Shown piece by piece: positions 26,779-35,954 of a DNA stretch of 64,000 bases. Below the pieces are notes generated by a model. The model had not been told where the DNA came from, did not search any database, and saw only the letters and a list, made by a program, of their open reading frames with translations. The stretch lies in the IMG/VR virus record IMGVR_UViG_3300028840_001395, positions 124,001-188,000 of that record. The stretch is one strand, 5' to 3'. The translations under genes and the position numbers were made by a program. Position 1 is the stretch's first letter. Every line of letters begins with the position of its first letter.

Positions 26779-27228
26779 ATGGCCAAGCCGGACGCTCAGA
26801 CAGGGACAGTCATCCAGGAAACCACCTACGCCGAGTTCCTTCATCCGGACGAAGAGAACCCCGGCCAGGTCGAGTACTCCGAGCGTGAGGTGGATGACCG
26901 CAACCCCCGCGTCCCGCCGGGCTGGCCCGCTGATGCCATTGGTGTCCGCTTCTTCGACCGCATCACCGTGACCTTCACCTACAAGGGCGAGGAGATCACC
27001 TGCACATCCGAACGACGCAACCCGAGCGCCGGGACGACCTTCTACAAGGGTGAGGTGCTCTACCGCTCCGACTTCGACCAGAACAGCGGGCGCTTGCTGG
27101 CCGTCAAGATCCCCACCATCGTCAAGCAGACCATCGAGGCCACGATGCACCGCAACGGCTGGGATGCGGTCATCTACATCGACGGCCTGGCACTGCCGCT
27201 CGACCCCAAGACCGACAAGACGCTCTGA
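26779..27228 (+). CDS. Hypothetical protein
   Basis: AAGGAG RBS, GC3 bias. Confidence 0.65.
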   Translation: MAKPDAQTGTVIQETTYAEFLHPDEENPGQVEYSEREVDDRNPRVPPGWPADAIGVRFFDRITVTFTYKGEEITCTSERRNPSAGTTFYKGEVLYRSDFDQNSGRLLAVKIPTIVKQTIEATMHRNGWDAVIYIDGLALPLDPKTDKTL

Positions 27229-27425
27229 TGTCCCGAGCACTGACCCAAGAGGAGCGCATCGCCCGCGAGAAGAAGCGTATCAACGCCTGCACCAACCCCA
27301 TCCACGGACTCGGGTTCTACGGCAAGATGGGGTGCGGCCTGTGCGACGCCTGCAAGGCCGTCCAAGCCGAGTTCGACGCCGAAGATGAGCGCGAGGGAAT
27401 CGTGTATCCGAGGGTGTACGTATGA
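27228..27425 (+). CDS. Small Cys-containing hypothetical protein
   Basis: TGATG coupling; C..H...CGLCDAC. Confidence 0.55.
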   Translation: MSRALTQEERIAREKKRINACTNPIHGLGFYGKMGCGLCDACKAVQAEFDAEDEREGIVYPRVYV

Positions 27426-27760
27426 GCGAGTTCCGACTCATCCTGAGCTTCGCCTACCTCGACCCCCTCGTGGCCGTTATCAGAGACGAGCCGGAGTGGG
27501 AGTCCGTTGAGCCTTATGAGGAGGACTTCCGGTTCGCCAGCGAGGACAAAGCCCGAGAGATGTACAACGAGGCCAAGGCGATTCTGGCCGACCCGAAGGC
27601 GAGCGATGATGACCCTACCCAGGCCCAGCAGGACTTCGTCACGAAGCACGGGATCGGGATGCGCGACTTCGACGGCAACGACATGGAAGACGCCAAGCTC
27701 GCTCTGATCGAAATCGTGGACTTCCTGCGGGTCGAGAATCTGATCGAGGAGGAGGAATGA
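27422..27760 (+). CDS. Acidic hypothetical protein
   Basis: ATGA overlap. Confidence 0.6.
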   Translation: MSEFRLILSFAYLDPLVAVIRDEPEWESVEPYEEDFRFASEDKAREMYNEAKAILADPKASDDDPTQAQQDFVTKHGIGMRDFDGNDMEDAKLALIEIVDFLRVENLIEEEE

Positions 27761-28263
27761 TGAGTCAGTTGACCGGCGTGCATCTGATCGCCGCCGAACG
27801 TGCCCGACAGCGCAAGGACGAAGGCTGGGACGAACATCACGACAGCGAGCACGCGGATGGTGAGATGGCCCTCGCTGCTGCGTGCTACGCAATCGTGGAC
27901 GCCGATGCCGTCGCCCACAAGGGCTTCCTCGATGACCTCTGGGGAATGCTCTGGCCCACGACGGGATGGAGCATCAAGTGGTGGAAGCCGAAGGATCCCC
28001 TCCGCAACCTCGTCCGGGCCGGGGCGCTCATCGCCGCCGAGATCGACCGACGACTGCGGGCGGGCGAGAAGATGCTGCCTCGCCGTGGTGAAGTGGAGGA
28101 TCTCATCCTCGACCTGCTCCGACAGAAGGACGGCACCCTCCGCGAGAGGGGCCACTTCTGCACCAACCTCCAAGAGGAAGATGGACACTCGGGGCTCGTC
28201 GCCTGCGGCAAGTGCGATGCCTGTGAGGCGTTCGACGCTCTGACGGCTCTCGTGGTAGACTGA
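27757..28263 (+). CDS. Phage-type conserved domain of unknown function plus C-terminal CxxCxxC
   Basis: IAAERARQ...EGW..HD..H..GEMALAAACYA...WWKP...RNLVRAGALIAAEIDR, a pattern I recognise from phage proteins. Confidence 0.7.
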   Translation: MMSQLTGVHLIAAERARQRKDEGWDEHHDSEHADGEMALAAACYAIVDADAVAHKGFLDDLWGMLWPTTGWSIKWWKPKDPLRNLVRAGALIAAEIDRRLRAGEKMLPRRGEVEDLILDLLRQKDGTLRERGHFCTNLQEEDGHSGLVACGKCDACEAFDALTALVVD

Positions 28264-28271
28264 AGACCTAC

Positions 28272-28359
28272 GCGGCCAGGGACCCCACCTAGCAGGCAGC
28301 ATGGGGTGTGCGGTGCCCTTCCCCCTATCCACCGCCTCCCTGGCCGCTCTTCCCCATGC
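28272..28359. ncRNA. Candidate structured RNA element (three stems plus possible pseudoknot)
   Basis: Complementary pairs 28272-82/28337-47, 28310-15/28330-35 and 28299-306/28352-59 in an intergenic gap. Confidence 0.3.
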
Positions 28360-28414
28360 CCCAGCATCCACCAATAGAAGTCCTTTCACGACGATCTAGC
28401 AGGAGGGTGCTGAT

Positions 28415-28651
28415 ATGCCCAAGTTCCGGGTGCTCCACCTCAACCGCGTAGGCGACGATTTCGTAGTCTCTTCCGGGGTGGGACGCATCATCGAAGCGGA
28501 CTCGGAACACTGGGCTATCCGAACGGTTGCGGATGACCTCGGAATACCGCCCCGCTGGTTCAAGGCTGAACGCCTCATCCTGTCTGATGCCGACCGTCAA
28601 TGGTATCTCTCCTCCACTACCAGAGTGACGGCTCCCATCCGAAGAATCTGA
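28415..28651 (+). CDS. Hypothetical protein
   Basis: GGAGGG RBS. Confidence 0.5.
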   Translation: MPKFRVLHLNRVGDDFVVSSGVGRIIEADSEHWAIRTVADDLGIPPRWFKAERLILSDADRQWYLSSTTRVTAPIRRI

Positions 28652-28669
28652 CAGACAATCTCTTCGAGG

Positions 28670-28701
28670 GTCTTATCTCCCCGCGTGGGGGAGTAGTCTA
28701 G
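28670..28701 (+). promoter_or_regulatory. Class I bipartite phage promoter motif
   Basis: GTCTTAT-N14-GAGTAGTCTAG. Confidence 0.78.
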
Positions 28702-28806
28702 GTGTCATCGCCTCCTTTCTCGGTTCGGGGGCGAGGCCACCGGGGCAATGCTGTCAGCGGGGCCTCGCCCCCTTCCTCTTGGGGGTAAGATGAGTAGGGA
28801 CGAACG

Positions 28807-29529
28807 ATGAAGCTGGAACGCATCACCATCACGGGACTCGACAGGAAGACGGACGTGTTCCGCCTGGAGAGGATCGCCAAGGGCTTCTGGCCCCTGCCGG
28901 AGTTCGGTATCCTGGCCAGTCCCTCGCGGGCGGGCAAAGACCCGCGCTACCCGAGGATGGATGAGATCAAGAGGTGGCTCGGTCACGCCCGGCTGTTCAA
29001 GATGGCCGTCCACGTCTGCGGACGTTTCTCGCGGAAGCCGGGGGAGTTCTTCGAGACCATCGGGGAGCACTCCCGCTTCTTCGAGCGGATGCAGTGGAAC
29101 GTGGCCCCGTCGCACCTCAAGCCGAAGGCGGTCACGGAGATGGCCATGAGGGCGTCGGAGGGGCAGCACACGGTCATCGTCCAGATACGGGACGAAGCCA
29201 GCGTCGAGCTTCTCCGCACCCTCCAGGACAACCATGTCTCGGCACAACCGCTGTTCGACGCCTCTGGTGGTCGGGGCGTGCCGTTCGAGACGGTGCAGGA
29301 GCCGCTTGACATCCCCGCAGAGGGACGTTGGACGGGCTACGCGGGTGGAATCACCCCCGAGACCGTTTCGGGCGTCCTGGAGCGCCTGGAGGCCGAGCTT
29401 CCGAAGGACCAGCCGGTCTGGATCGACATGGAGACCGGCGTGCGGACCGACGACTGGCTCGACCTGGACAAGGTGCAGGAGGTTCTCTGCCGCTGCTTCA
29501 TCTTCATGCAGGAGCAGAAGCGATCATGA
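28807..29529 (+). CDS. TrpF/phosphoribosylanthranilate-isomerase-like TIM barrel
   Basis: TITGLD, LFDASGGRG, GYAGGITPETV, WIDMETGVRT...DLDKV. Confidence 0.75.
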   Translation: MKLERITITGLDRKTDVFRLERIAKGFWPLPEFGILASPSRAGKDPRYPRMDEIKRWLGHARLFKMAVHVCGRFSRKPGEFFETIGEHSRFFERMQWNVAPSHLKPKAVTEMAMRASEGQHTVIVQIRDEASVELLRTLQDNHVSAQPLFDASGGRGVPFETVQEPLDIPAEGRWTGYAGGITPETVSGVLERLEAELPKDQPVWIDMETGVRTDDWLDLDKVQEVLCRCFIFMQEQKRS

Positions 29530-29741
29530 GCAAGCTACGCGACTGGTGGGCCAAGACCAAGACGGCGCGGGACATCATCGTCTGCGTCCTGATCCTCGCG
29601 CTCATCGCCATCTTCGGCTATGTCCAGTACGTCAAGCAGGACTGCCGTGACCTCTGCAAGGCGGAGGGTTTCGACAGCGGTGAGGGCTTCCACGCCGAGT
29701 GCAAGTGCATCACCTACACGCCCTACGCGGGAGAGTGGTGA
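29526..29741 (+). CDS. Small single-TM membrane protein with Cys-rich tail
   Basis: IIVCVLILALIAIFGYV; C...C...F....C.C. Confidence 0.6.
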   Translation: MSKLRDWWAKTKTARDIIVCVLILALIAIFGYVQYVKQDCRDLCKAEGFDSGEGFHAECKCITYTPYAGEW

Positions 29742-29744
29742 ACA

Positions 29745-29927
29745 ATGCCCGTCGAACGCAACCCCGCCTACACCCAACTCTCGACCGAGGAGTTGAAAAA
29801 GTCCCTCAACGAAGCCCAAAAGGCCCTGCTCCGCGACGAACGCACCAGCATCTCTTCGGATGACCCGGTGTACCGGAGATGGTCGGAGTTGTGCTGGGAG
29901 GAGCGGTGCCGGAGGGCGCTGGCCTAG
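29745..29927 (+). CDS. Hypothetical protein
   Basis: Co-oriented. Confidence 0.5.
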   Translation: MPVERNPAYTQLSTEELKKSLNEAQKALLRDERTSISSDDPVYRRWSELCWEERCRRALA

Positions 29928-30247
29928 CTACGCGAGATTTCGATGAAGGGCTGAGCCTCAAAGGGCTTCCCGAGCCTTCCGCCCTTGATCATGTAACCCA
30001 CGATCCCACTGATACCCCACTCGCTGGTCGTGCTGTCTGCCACCCACGAACGGGAAGGGGATAGGGCATCCCCCGAGATCCCAGAGCGCATGTTCCATCT
30101 GACAGAACCTCGGACATAGCCCCGGTCACGACCATGCTTGATGAGGAAGGCATCAATCTGTTTGAGGTTGATGGAGCCACCCTGCGACCCCAGAGGGACA
30201 CGCGCAGCCTCCAGATAGCGTCGGGCTACCCGGTCTGCCATGTTCAT
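29924..30247 (-). CDS. Hypothetical protein with N-terminal RVARRY peptide
   Basis: MNMADRVARRYLEAA; ATGA-coupled to the upstream gene. Confidence 0.6.
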   Translation of the reverse strand: MNMADRVARRYLEAARVPLGSQGGSINLKQIDAFLIKHGRDRGYVRGSVRWNMRSGISGDALSPSRSWVADSTTSEWGISGIVGYMIKGGRLGKPFEAQPFIEISRS

Positions 30248-30636
30248 CGGTCGTCCTCGACCTCGACCTGGAAGTCTCTGTCGAACAGGCCGTCCTCAAG
30301 GATCACATCCACCGCATCATCTTCCCGAGTCGTGACCGTGAACTGTGCGTGGACGCGGATACCACTCCTCTCGGGCTGGATGACGTTCCGGTCACTCGAC
30401 GTGTCCAACCTGGCGTTGATACGCCGAGGAATGAGGTCAGCAGATTTCTGGATGAGATCCCTGGCATCGGTGAGAAGTTCGATCAGCCCGTCAGTGGACA
30501 TGAGATCCCTGAACTCGACCATGATGTCGAAGCTGATGTAGAACTGACGGGAGTGGGGAATGTAGATCTTGCACTTGTTGCTCCAACGAGTCGCCGTCTT
30601 GGCGATGGTTGGCCCCCACTGTTCGCCCAAGCCCAT
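30244..30636 (-). CDS. Hypothetical protein (N-terminal IAKTATRW)
   Basis: Downstream of a class II motif. Confidence 0.55.
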   Translation of the reverse strand: MGLGEQWGPTIAKTATRWSNKCKIYIPHSRQFYISFDIMVEFRDLMSTDGLIELLTDARDLIQKSADLIPRRINARLDTSSDRNVIQPERSGIRVHAQFTVTTREDDAVDVILEDGLFDRDFQVEVEDDR

Positions 30637-30670
30637 GTCAAACCCCGCTCTAGACAGACGTCACATGACG

Positions 30671-30696
30671 CCTCCTATAAAATCCCCCCCTATAGC
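30671..30696 (-). promoter_or_regulatory. Class II motif copy (GGCTAT-N12-ATAGGAG)
   Basis: Same spacing as other class II copies. Confidence 0.45.
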
Positions 30697-30843
30697 CTAT
30701 CCACCGAAGATGAACCGACACCACCCGATATTTGCATGGTAAATAGCGATTATTACAGGGAACACTACACTTAACTTTCGACCCCCTGCAAGCTCATCTA
30801 AGTGCCTTGTAACCCCCACTTCAGCTCGACATCGTCTTGAGGG

Positions 30844-30875
30844 GGCTTACCCGTAGGTCCAATGGAGTAGTCTAG
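30844..30875 (+). promoter_or_regulatory. Class I bipartite phage promoter motif
   Basis: GGCTTAC-N14-GAGTAGTCTAG. Confidence 0.78.
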
Positions 30876-30921
30876 CCGGAGGACGTGAGATGGACTTCAC
30901 TGGCTACCCCTGGGACATCAC

Positions 30922-31689
30922 ATGAGGGTCAGAGAACTCAACCAGGCATTCATGACCTTCAGGAAGCTCCTCCGGGCTGCCGAAGCCGACGAGACGCTCG
31001 ATGAGGGCACCCGCGCCAACATCCCCGAAGTCAAGGAGTCCTTCAAGGACATCCTGAAAGAGATGAGCGACCAGCGCCGGGAGATCCAGAAAGAGGCCCG
31101 CGAAGAGGAACAACAGGTCATCGATGATGCCACCGAAGAGATCAAGCGGGTGACCGAGAACCTCAAGTGGTACCTGGGCACCATCGACTGCCCCCGATGC
31201 TGGGGTTCCGGCATGGATACCGTCGCCGTCCTCGGAGAACACACGACCGACATCGAGATCGACCCCGAGGAGGCCCGAAGCCTGACCTCGCTGGCCAAGA
31301 TCATCGAGTGGGTACACGACCACCGGAAAGACCCCACGGTCGCACCCGTCTACGAGAAGATGAACCGACGCTGCCAGCTCTGTGAGGGCAAGCTCCGCCT
31401 GCCTCGCAACTTCGACGTGCCCCTCGACAGCGCCATCAAGGGCTGCTGGATCTACCGGAAGAACGCAGGCTCCCTCCGCATGAGGAAGGACGCCCCCGAA
31501 GCCTTCACCAAGCCCCTGGTCGAAGCCGGACTACTCAAGCCCTCCGAGGCTGGAACTGGCATCCTCTTTTTCACCCAGGAGTTCCGGGACAAGCACCTGG
31601 AGAAGGTCGCTCCGGGGAAGTCCAACCTGCAAATCGGGGACGACTACTACTGCCTCGACAGGACATCGCTCAACAAGGAGACACCGTGA
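30922..31689 (+). CDS. Coiled-coil + CxxCxGxG zinc-finger hypothetical protein
   Basis: CPRCWGSG ... CQLCEG; N-terminal helical region. Confidence 0.65.
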   Translation: MRVRELNQAFMTFRKLLRAAEADETLDEGTRANIPEVKESFKDILKEMSDQRREIQKEAREEEQQVIDDATEEIKRVTENLKWYLGTIDCPRCWGSGMDTVAVLGEHTTDIEIDPEEARSLTSLAKIIEWVHDHRKDPTVAPVYEKMNRRCQLCEGKLRLPRNFDVPLDSAIKGCWIYRKNAGSLRMRKDAPEAFTKPLVEAGLLKPSEAGTGILFFTQEFRDKHLEKVAPGKSNLQIGDDYYCLDRTSLNKETP

Positions 31690-31982
31690 GCCAGAACCCA
31701 ACCCTCATCATCAAGGGGAGCCACTACCCCCTCCAGGTCTATCACCACATCAAGAAGGGCTGGCAGCGCATGACCGTCGTGCGAGTCACCTTCGATGGCA
31801 GCCTCGCCAGCCAGAAGAAGGCAATCTTCTCGGCACCTGGGAAGGGGAAGATCGTCCTCCACGGGATGAACGCCAACTACGACGCCGCCGTCGAACTCCT
31901 CATGGGCGAGATCCAGAAGGCTTTGAGCGACGGTCGCCTCGTCTGCCGGGACAACCAGACCCGGCTGGACTTCCCGGCATGA
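31686..31982 (+). CDS. Hypothetical protein
   Basis: GTGA overlap, AAGGAG RBS. Confidence 0.55.
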   Translation: MSQNPTLIIKGSHYPLQVYHHIKKGWQRMTVVRVTFDGSLASQKKAIFSAPGKGKIVLHGMNANYDAAVELLMGEIQKALSDGRLVCRDNQTRLDFPA

Positions 31983-32485
31983 GCTTCCCCGAACGACATC
32001 AGACCATCCACGTCAACTACCGAGGCTCCTACATCGTGGTCAAGGTCAAGCGGGAACTGGACGACCGCAGTTGGGGCATCCTCACCACCTGCGAAGCACA
32101 CTTCGACCGCCACTGCGAGAAGTGCCACAAGCCCGGCAACGGGGGACTCGTCCTCCGAGCCACGTCGGACCGGGGCCTGAGCTTCACGCTCCAAGACCTC
32201 ATGAACAAGGTCAAGGAGGCCATGCGGAAGAAGCGCCTCGCCTTCAACGACCAGAGCGACGACAAGACCCCCAAGGGCTTCTACGTGCCGACCGTGCCCC
32301 CTATCATGTGCATGGACTGCACCCACTGGCCCCACGACAAGGCCAAGCGCCCCGTCTACGACTGGCACCCGGCTACGTGCCCCGGTGGCGCGGACATGAA
32401 CATCTTCGACGGCCAGCCCTACCTGCGAGCCGAATACGACGCCTCCGACTGCGAGCACTTCGCGGAGCGGGAGCGGAAGAAGTGA
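31979..32485 (+). CDS. Cys-rich hypothetical protein
   Basis: CxxxxxxxCxxC and CxxCxHW motifs. Confidence 0.6.
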   Translation: MSFPERHQTIHVNYRGSYIVVKVKRELDDRSWGILTTCEAHFDRHCEKCHKPGNGGLVLRATSDRGLSFTLQDLMNKVKEAMRKKRLAFNDQSDDKTPKGFYVPTVPPIMCMDCTHWPHDKAKRPVYDWHPATCPGGADMNIFDGQPYLRAEYDASDCEHFAERERKK

Positions 32486-32619
32486 GCGACCACGATACCA
32501 AGGAATTCTCCATCAGCGGGTGGGAGATCGACGCCCCCCTGCACATGGCCATCGGCATCGCCGCCATGCTGCTCGGTGTCGGCACGGGTATCCTGATCGG
32601 ATGGGGAATCTGGGGATGA
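32482..32619 (+). CDS. Small single-TM protein (45 aa)
   Basis: MAIGIAAMLLGVGTGILIGWGIW; GTGA overlap. Confidence 0.5.
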   Translation: MSDHDTKEFSISGWEIDAPLHMAIGIAAMLLGVGTGILIGWGIWG

Positions 32620-32631
32620 AGGAGGAGTCCA

Positions 32632-34092
32632 ATGGATAGCCGCACCCTCAAGTTCAAGAAGACCTCCATCACCGTCCACTTCAGCGAGGAAGTGAGTGAG
32701 AACGGCCTCGTCCTCACCACGGCCCGCACCGACTTCTTGAGGAAGTCACCCGGCATCTGCACCCCGCTCACCGTCACCACGAACTGTAACTCCCGAGAAG
32801 ACGCGCTCCAGGCACTCATCTACAAGATCAACAACATGATCGCGGAAGGCACGCTGGTCTACGAGGAACACCCCTACGACCCCACGACGGCCAGCATCTA
32901 CAAGGCCGAAGGCGTCAAGCCCATCATGCCAGGAGACACCGCCCCGCCGCTGCCCGTCATCACAAGACCCCTCGTCTCCAAGCCCAAATACGAGGGCAAG
33001 CCAGGCCAGAGAGTCCTCATCCTCCAGAACATGGAAGACGGACGCTCACCCTACGTCCACCAACACGTCATCCCCCCCAACCGGGACTTCTTCACGGTGC
33101 CCGAGATCGACATCTGGGGCCACGGCTGCGACCGCGAATCCGCCGAACAAGCCTTCAAGCGCCAGCGACGGAGAGCACTCGAACTGGTCGAGGAGTTCGC
33201 CCACGGAACCTACGGCTCCGACCAGTTCGTCATCTACGAGTACCGCTGCGGCAGCGACAGCCCCGTCCTCTCGGAAGGTGCCTACTCCAAGAGCGGATGG
33301 GACGCCCACCGCAAAGCCGTCATCTTCGCCCTGTCCAACAAGCACGAGGCCGAGTTCTACATGCTCAAGTGCGGAGCCGATGACCCCACCCGATTCCGCG
33401 AGGTGCTGACCCTCATCTACAAGAGAGTGGAAACCTACCTCCGGGACAAGAGCGAGATCCGACCAGGTGACCCCGAGAAGGAACTCAAAGAGATCCAGAC
33501 GCTGGCCCAAGCCTACCTGGCGTCATGCTCATCCACTGACCCCGACAAGTACAAGTTCCAAGACCCCAGCCCCATCAGTGACCCCAAGAAGGCCCGCAGC
33601 ATCATGGAACTCATCCTCCGTGCCTGCATGACGACCGAGAACCGCCCGCCCGACCCCCAACTCGCCCTGGATACCATCAGGACAATGGCCAAGGAGTCCC
33701 TGGAACCGGCGAAGCCCGAGCCCAACCCCATGCTCGACATCCTCCCCAAGCTCATCGACTGCTTCAAGACCATCACACAGGACATCAAGGACGATCCCGA
33801 GGTCAAGGAGATCGAAGGCGAGCTTTCCAACTGCATCAAGAAAGCCAAGGAGAAGATCGAGACCCCCGACCCCTACACCGACGCCATCAACCACATCATG
33901 AAGACCATCGAGCAGTCGCTCGACCCCCACCCGCAGGGTGCCAACCGACCACCCGCAGCCATCCTCGATGAGATCATCCACGATGCGGCCAAGGCCCTGC
34001 TCACTGCGGGCTACTACGCCAATGCACCCACCCTGCGTGACCACCTCGACAGCATCGTCCGGGTCATGGAAGCAAGAGAGAACCAGGGGTAA
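32632..34092 (+). CDS. Large hypothetical protein (486 aa)
   Basis: AGGAGGAG RBS; long open frame with C-ending codons. Confidence 0.7.
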   Translation: MDSRTLKFKKTSITVHFSEEVSENGLVLTTARTDFLRKSPGICTPLTVTTNCNSREDALQALIYKINNMIAEGTLVYEEHPYDPTTASIYKAEGVKPIMPGDTAPPLPVITRPLVSKPKYEGKPGQRVLILQNMEDGRSPYVHQHVIPPNRDFFTVPEIDIWGHGCDRESAEQAFKRQRRRALELVEEFAHGTYGSDQFVIYEYRCGSDSPVLSEGAYSKSGWDAHRKAVIFALSNKHEAEFYMLKCGADDPTRFREVLTLIYKRVETYLRDKSEIRPGDPEKELKEIQTLAQAYLASCSSTDPDKYKFQDPSPISDPKKARSIMELILRACMTTENRPPDPQLALDTIRTMAKESLEPAKPEPNPMLDILPKLIDCFKTITQDIKDDPEVKEIEGELSNCIKKAKEKIETPDPYTDAINHIMKTIEQSLDPHPQGANRPPAAILDEIIHDAAKALLTAGYYANAPTLRDHLDSIVRVMEARENQG

Positions 34093-34751
34093 GGAAGAAA
34101 AAAGGCCCCTTGTCTATATAAAGGCCCCTCCCCTGAGAGCATACTTCTTTAACTTTCATCAATGTTTGCAAACTTCGGCCCCCCATAGCCCCCAAAGAAC
34201 CCGTTTCGGATTCGGAAGTGAGATTTTCAGTACAACTTCAATTTGAGATTTTTGACTACCGACCCCCTCTCGAAAAGTTTTTTATCCGGTTTTCACACCC
34301 CTCCCCCTACCTACCCCACCAGTCCTCCCCCTGGTAACGCGAGAGATCCATGACGCCTCACCACGAAGTTGTCAAACTTCGCCTCACATGTTATACTCAA
34401 TGTTTCACCTAGACCCATAGTAAGCAAACTCGTAGTCAGCCCAGCCCCAGGTTTCATTACTTCGGGCAGCCGGGCTCAATCTTTGGGGCTGTCGGGTCGT
34501 GTGAGGTCGGCTTGGGTCGGCGCGGGTTGGAGGCTTCGGGAAGAGTCATTCATCTAAGTGGCCTACAAGGGCTGTGTATCTAAGGCTACAGGCGGCCCGA
34601 AACTGCAGGTGGCCGCCTGCCTTAAAACAGACTGGTTTTTCTTGACCCCCCGCTCTCACACGGGGGAGCTACCCCACCCAGGAGGAGGAGTCCTCCTCGT
34701 GTCGCCTGCGGGAAGTGGACGCTGCCCCGGAGACTCTGCGGGGTGGGGTAG
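34093..34751. other. Non-coding AT-rich gap with GC-skew switch; candidate replication origin
   Basis: AT-rich 34130-34300; plus strand C-rich to about 34470, then abruptly G/T-rich. Confidence 0.5.
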
Positions 34752-35789
34752 CTAGGCTTTCGTCTGCCTGCGCCAGTCAGCCGCCACCTGACGGATGAGA
34801 CTCATCCCTCTGCTCACCATGTTCATGCTGACCTGAATCAAGTCCGACAGCTCTGCCCGTGTGTACCCCTCCTCCACATAGGGCAAGAGCCGGAGAGCTA
34901 CCTGACCGTCCCTGGTCTGCTGTACCCGTGGGTCTGCCCGGATGAACTCCACCAAGGCGTTGGCTTCCAGACACTGGGCCTGACTGGGCTCCTGGCACCC
35001 TGTAGGGTTCGACAGGAGACTCGCACCCGAAGCCACGTCCACAGAGGTCAGGTCACCATGATCCCAGCCCGGTGCCCCTACCTGCTCGACAGCCCTCCGC
35101 CGGGTCATCCTCCGATGGTAGTTGGCCACGATGCAGCCACAGACCATGTGGACGTAGTGGCCGAAGGAGGACTTCCTGGAGTCCCAAGGGCACCGACCCT
35201 TGTTCCTCGACAGCAGACCCTTGTAGACCTCCTGCAACACGTCCTCGGGGTCATAGCCAGCAGCATAGACCCGCTGACCGAACCCAGCATAGAACAGCTT
35301 CGCCACCTCATGTGACCGATTCACCAGGTCAATACCCAGAGGTTGAGTCGAAGTTACGAAACTCGCGTCCGGCGCAGGGTCGAAGTTTGGAACTTCCGTG
35401 ACCGTGAGGGCCGGGGAAGTTTCGATAGGCATCCCGGAGGGCGTAGTTGCGAGGTCATCGGGAAGAAAGAGGTCGAGAGCGGGTACTATGGGTTGGTTGT
35501 GAGCGAGGGTGAGGCTTGGGGGGGCATGGCGGCCTGTCTTGAAGTATCGGTCGAAGGTCCAGTTGCGAGCGTTGGGGTGGCCGGTGATGGCGATGAGCAA
35601 CTGGCGTGCTGACGTGAAGGTCTGGACGGGGCCTCCCCCTGAAGCCAGGGAGGGTCGGAGTTGGAAGTCCCCGTCCGGTGTCAGAATCACTTTGTCTGCA
35701 CCATCCCTCCACCGACTGTAGAGATACTTCGACTTCGCAGTGCGGGTGCCTTCGCTTCGTTTTGCGCGAAGGTTTGACTTTCCGGGCAT
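34752..35789 (-). CDS. ECF-like sigma70-family sigma factor with N-terminal extension
   Basis: Region-2-like DPEDVLQEVYKGLL...WDSRKSSFGHYVHMVCGCIVANYHRR; region-4-like GYTRAELSDLIQVSMNMVSRGM. Confidence 0.65.
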   Translation of the reverse strand: MPGKSNLRAKRSEGTRTAKSKYLYSRWRDGADKVILTPDGDFQLRPSLASGGGPVQTFTSARQLLIAITGHPNARNWTFDRYFKTGRHAPPSLTLAHNQPIVPALDLFLPDDLATTPSGMPIETSPALTVTEVPNFDPAPDASFVTSTQPLGIDLVNRSHEVAKLFYAGFGQRVYAAGYDPEDVLQEVYKGLLSRNKGRCPWDSRKSSFGHYVHMVCGCIVANYHRRMTRRRAVEQVGAPGWDHGDLTSVDVASGASLLSNPTGCQEPSQAQCLEANALVEFIRADPRVQQTRDGQVALRLLPYVEEGYTRAELSDLIQVSMNMVSRGMSLIRQVAADWRRQTKA

Positions 35790-35954
35790 CCCCTGACCCC
35801 CTTCGGTCTAGCGACCCTCCGTTTTATGGCACGTCATTCATTTGCTCCCTCTACCATTCCTACGGATAGGGCGTTGGGCTGTCAAGAAATACGGTGTCAT
35901 CCGGGTGGGGTTTTTTGTCGCGTGGGGGTATCTTGGGCGTATGGAGGTGCATGG

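Noticed and set aside
34270-34300. DnaA boxes in the origin-like gap
   Set aside because: Only imperfect matches (ttttatccgg, gttttcaca), not distinguishable from chance.
34560-34630. Hammerhead-like GAAA with flanking hairpin
   Set aside because: No CUGAUGA core in the correct position; kept only as a hairpin within the origin candidate.
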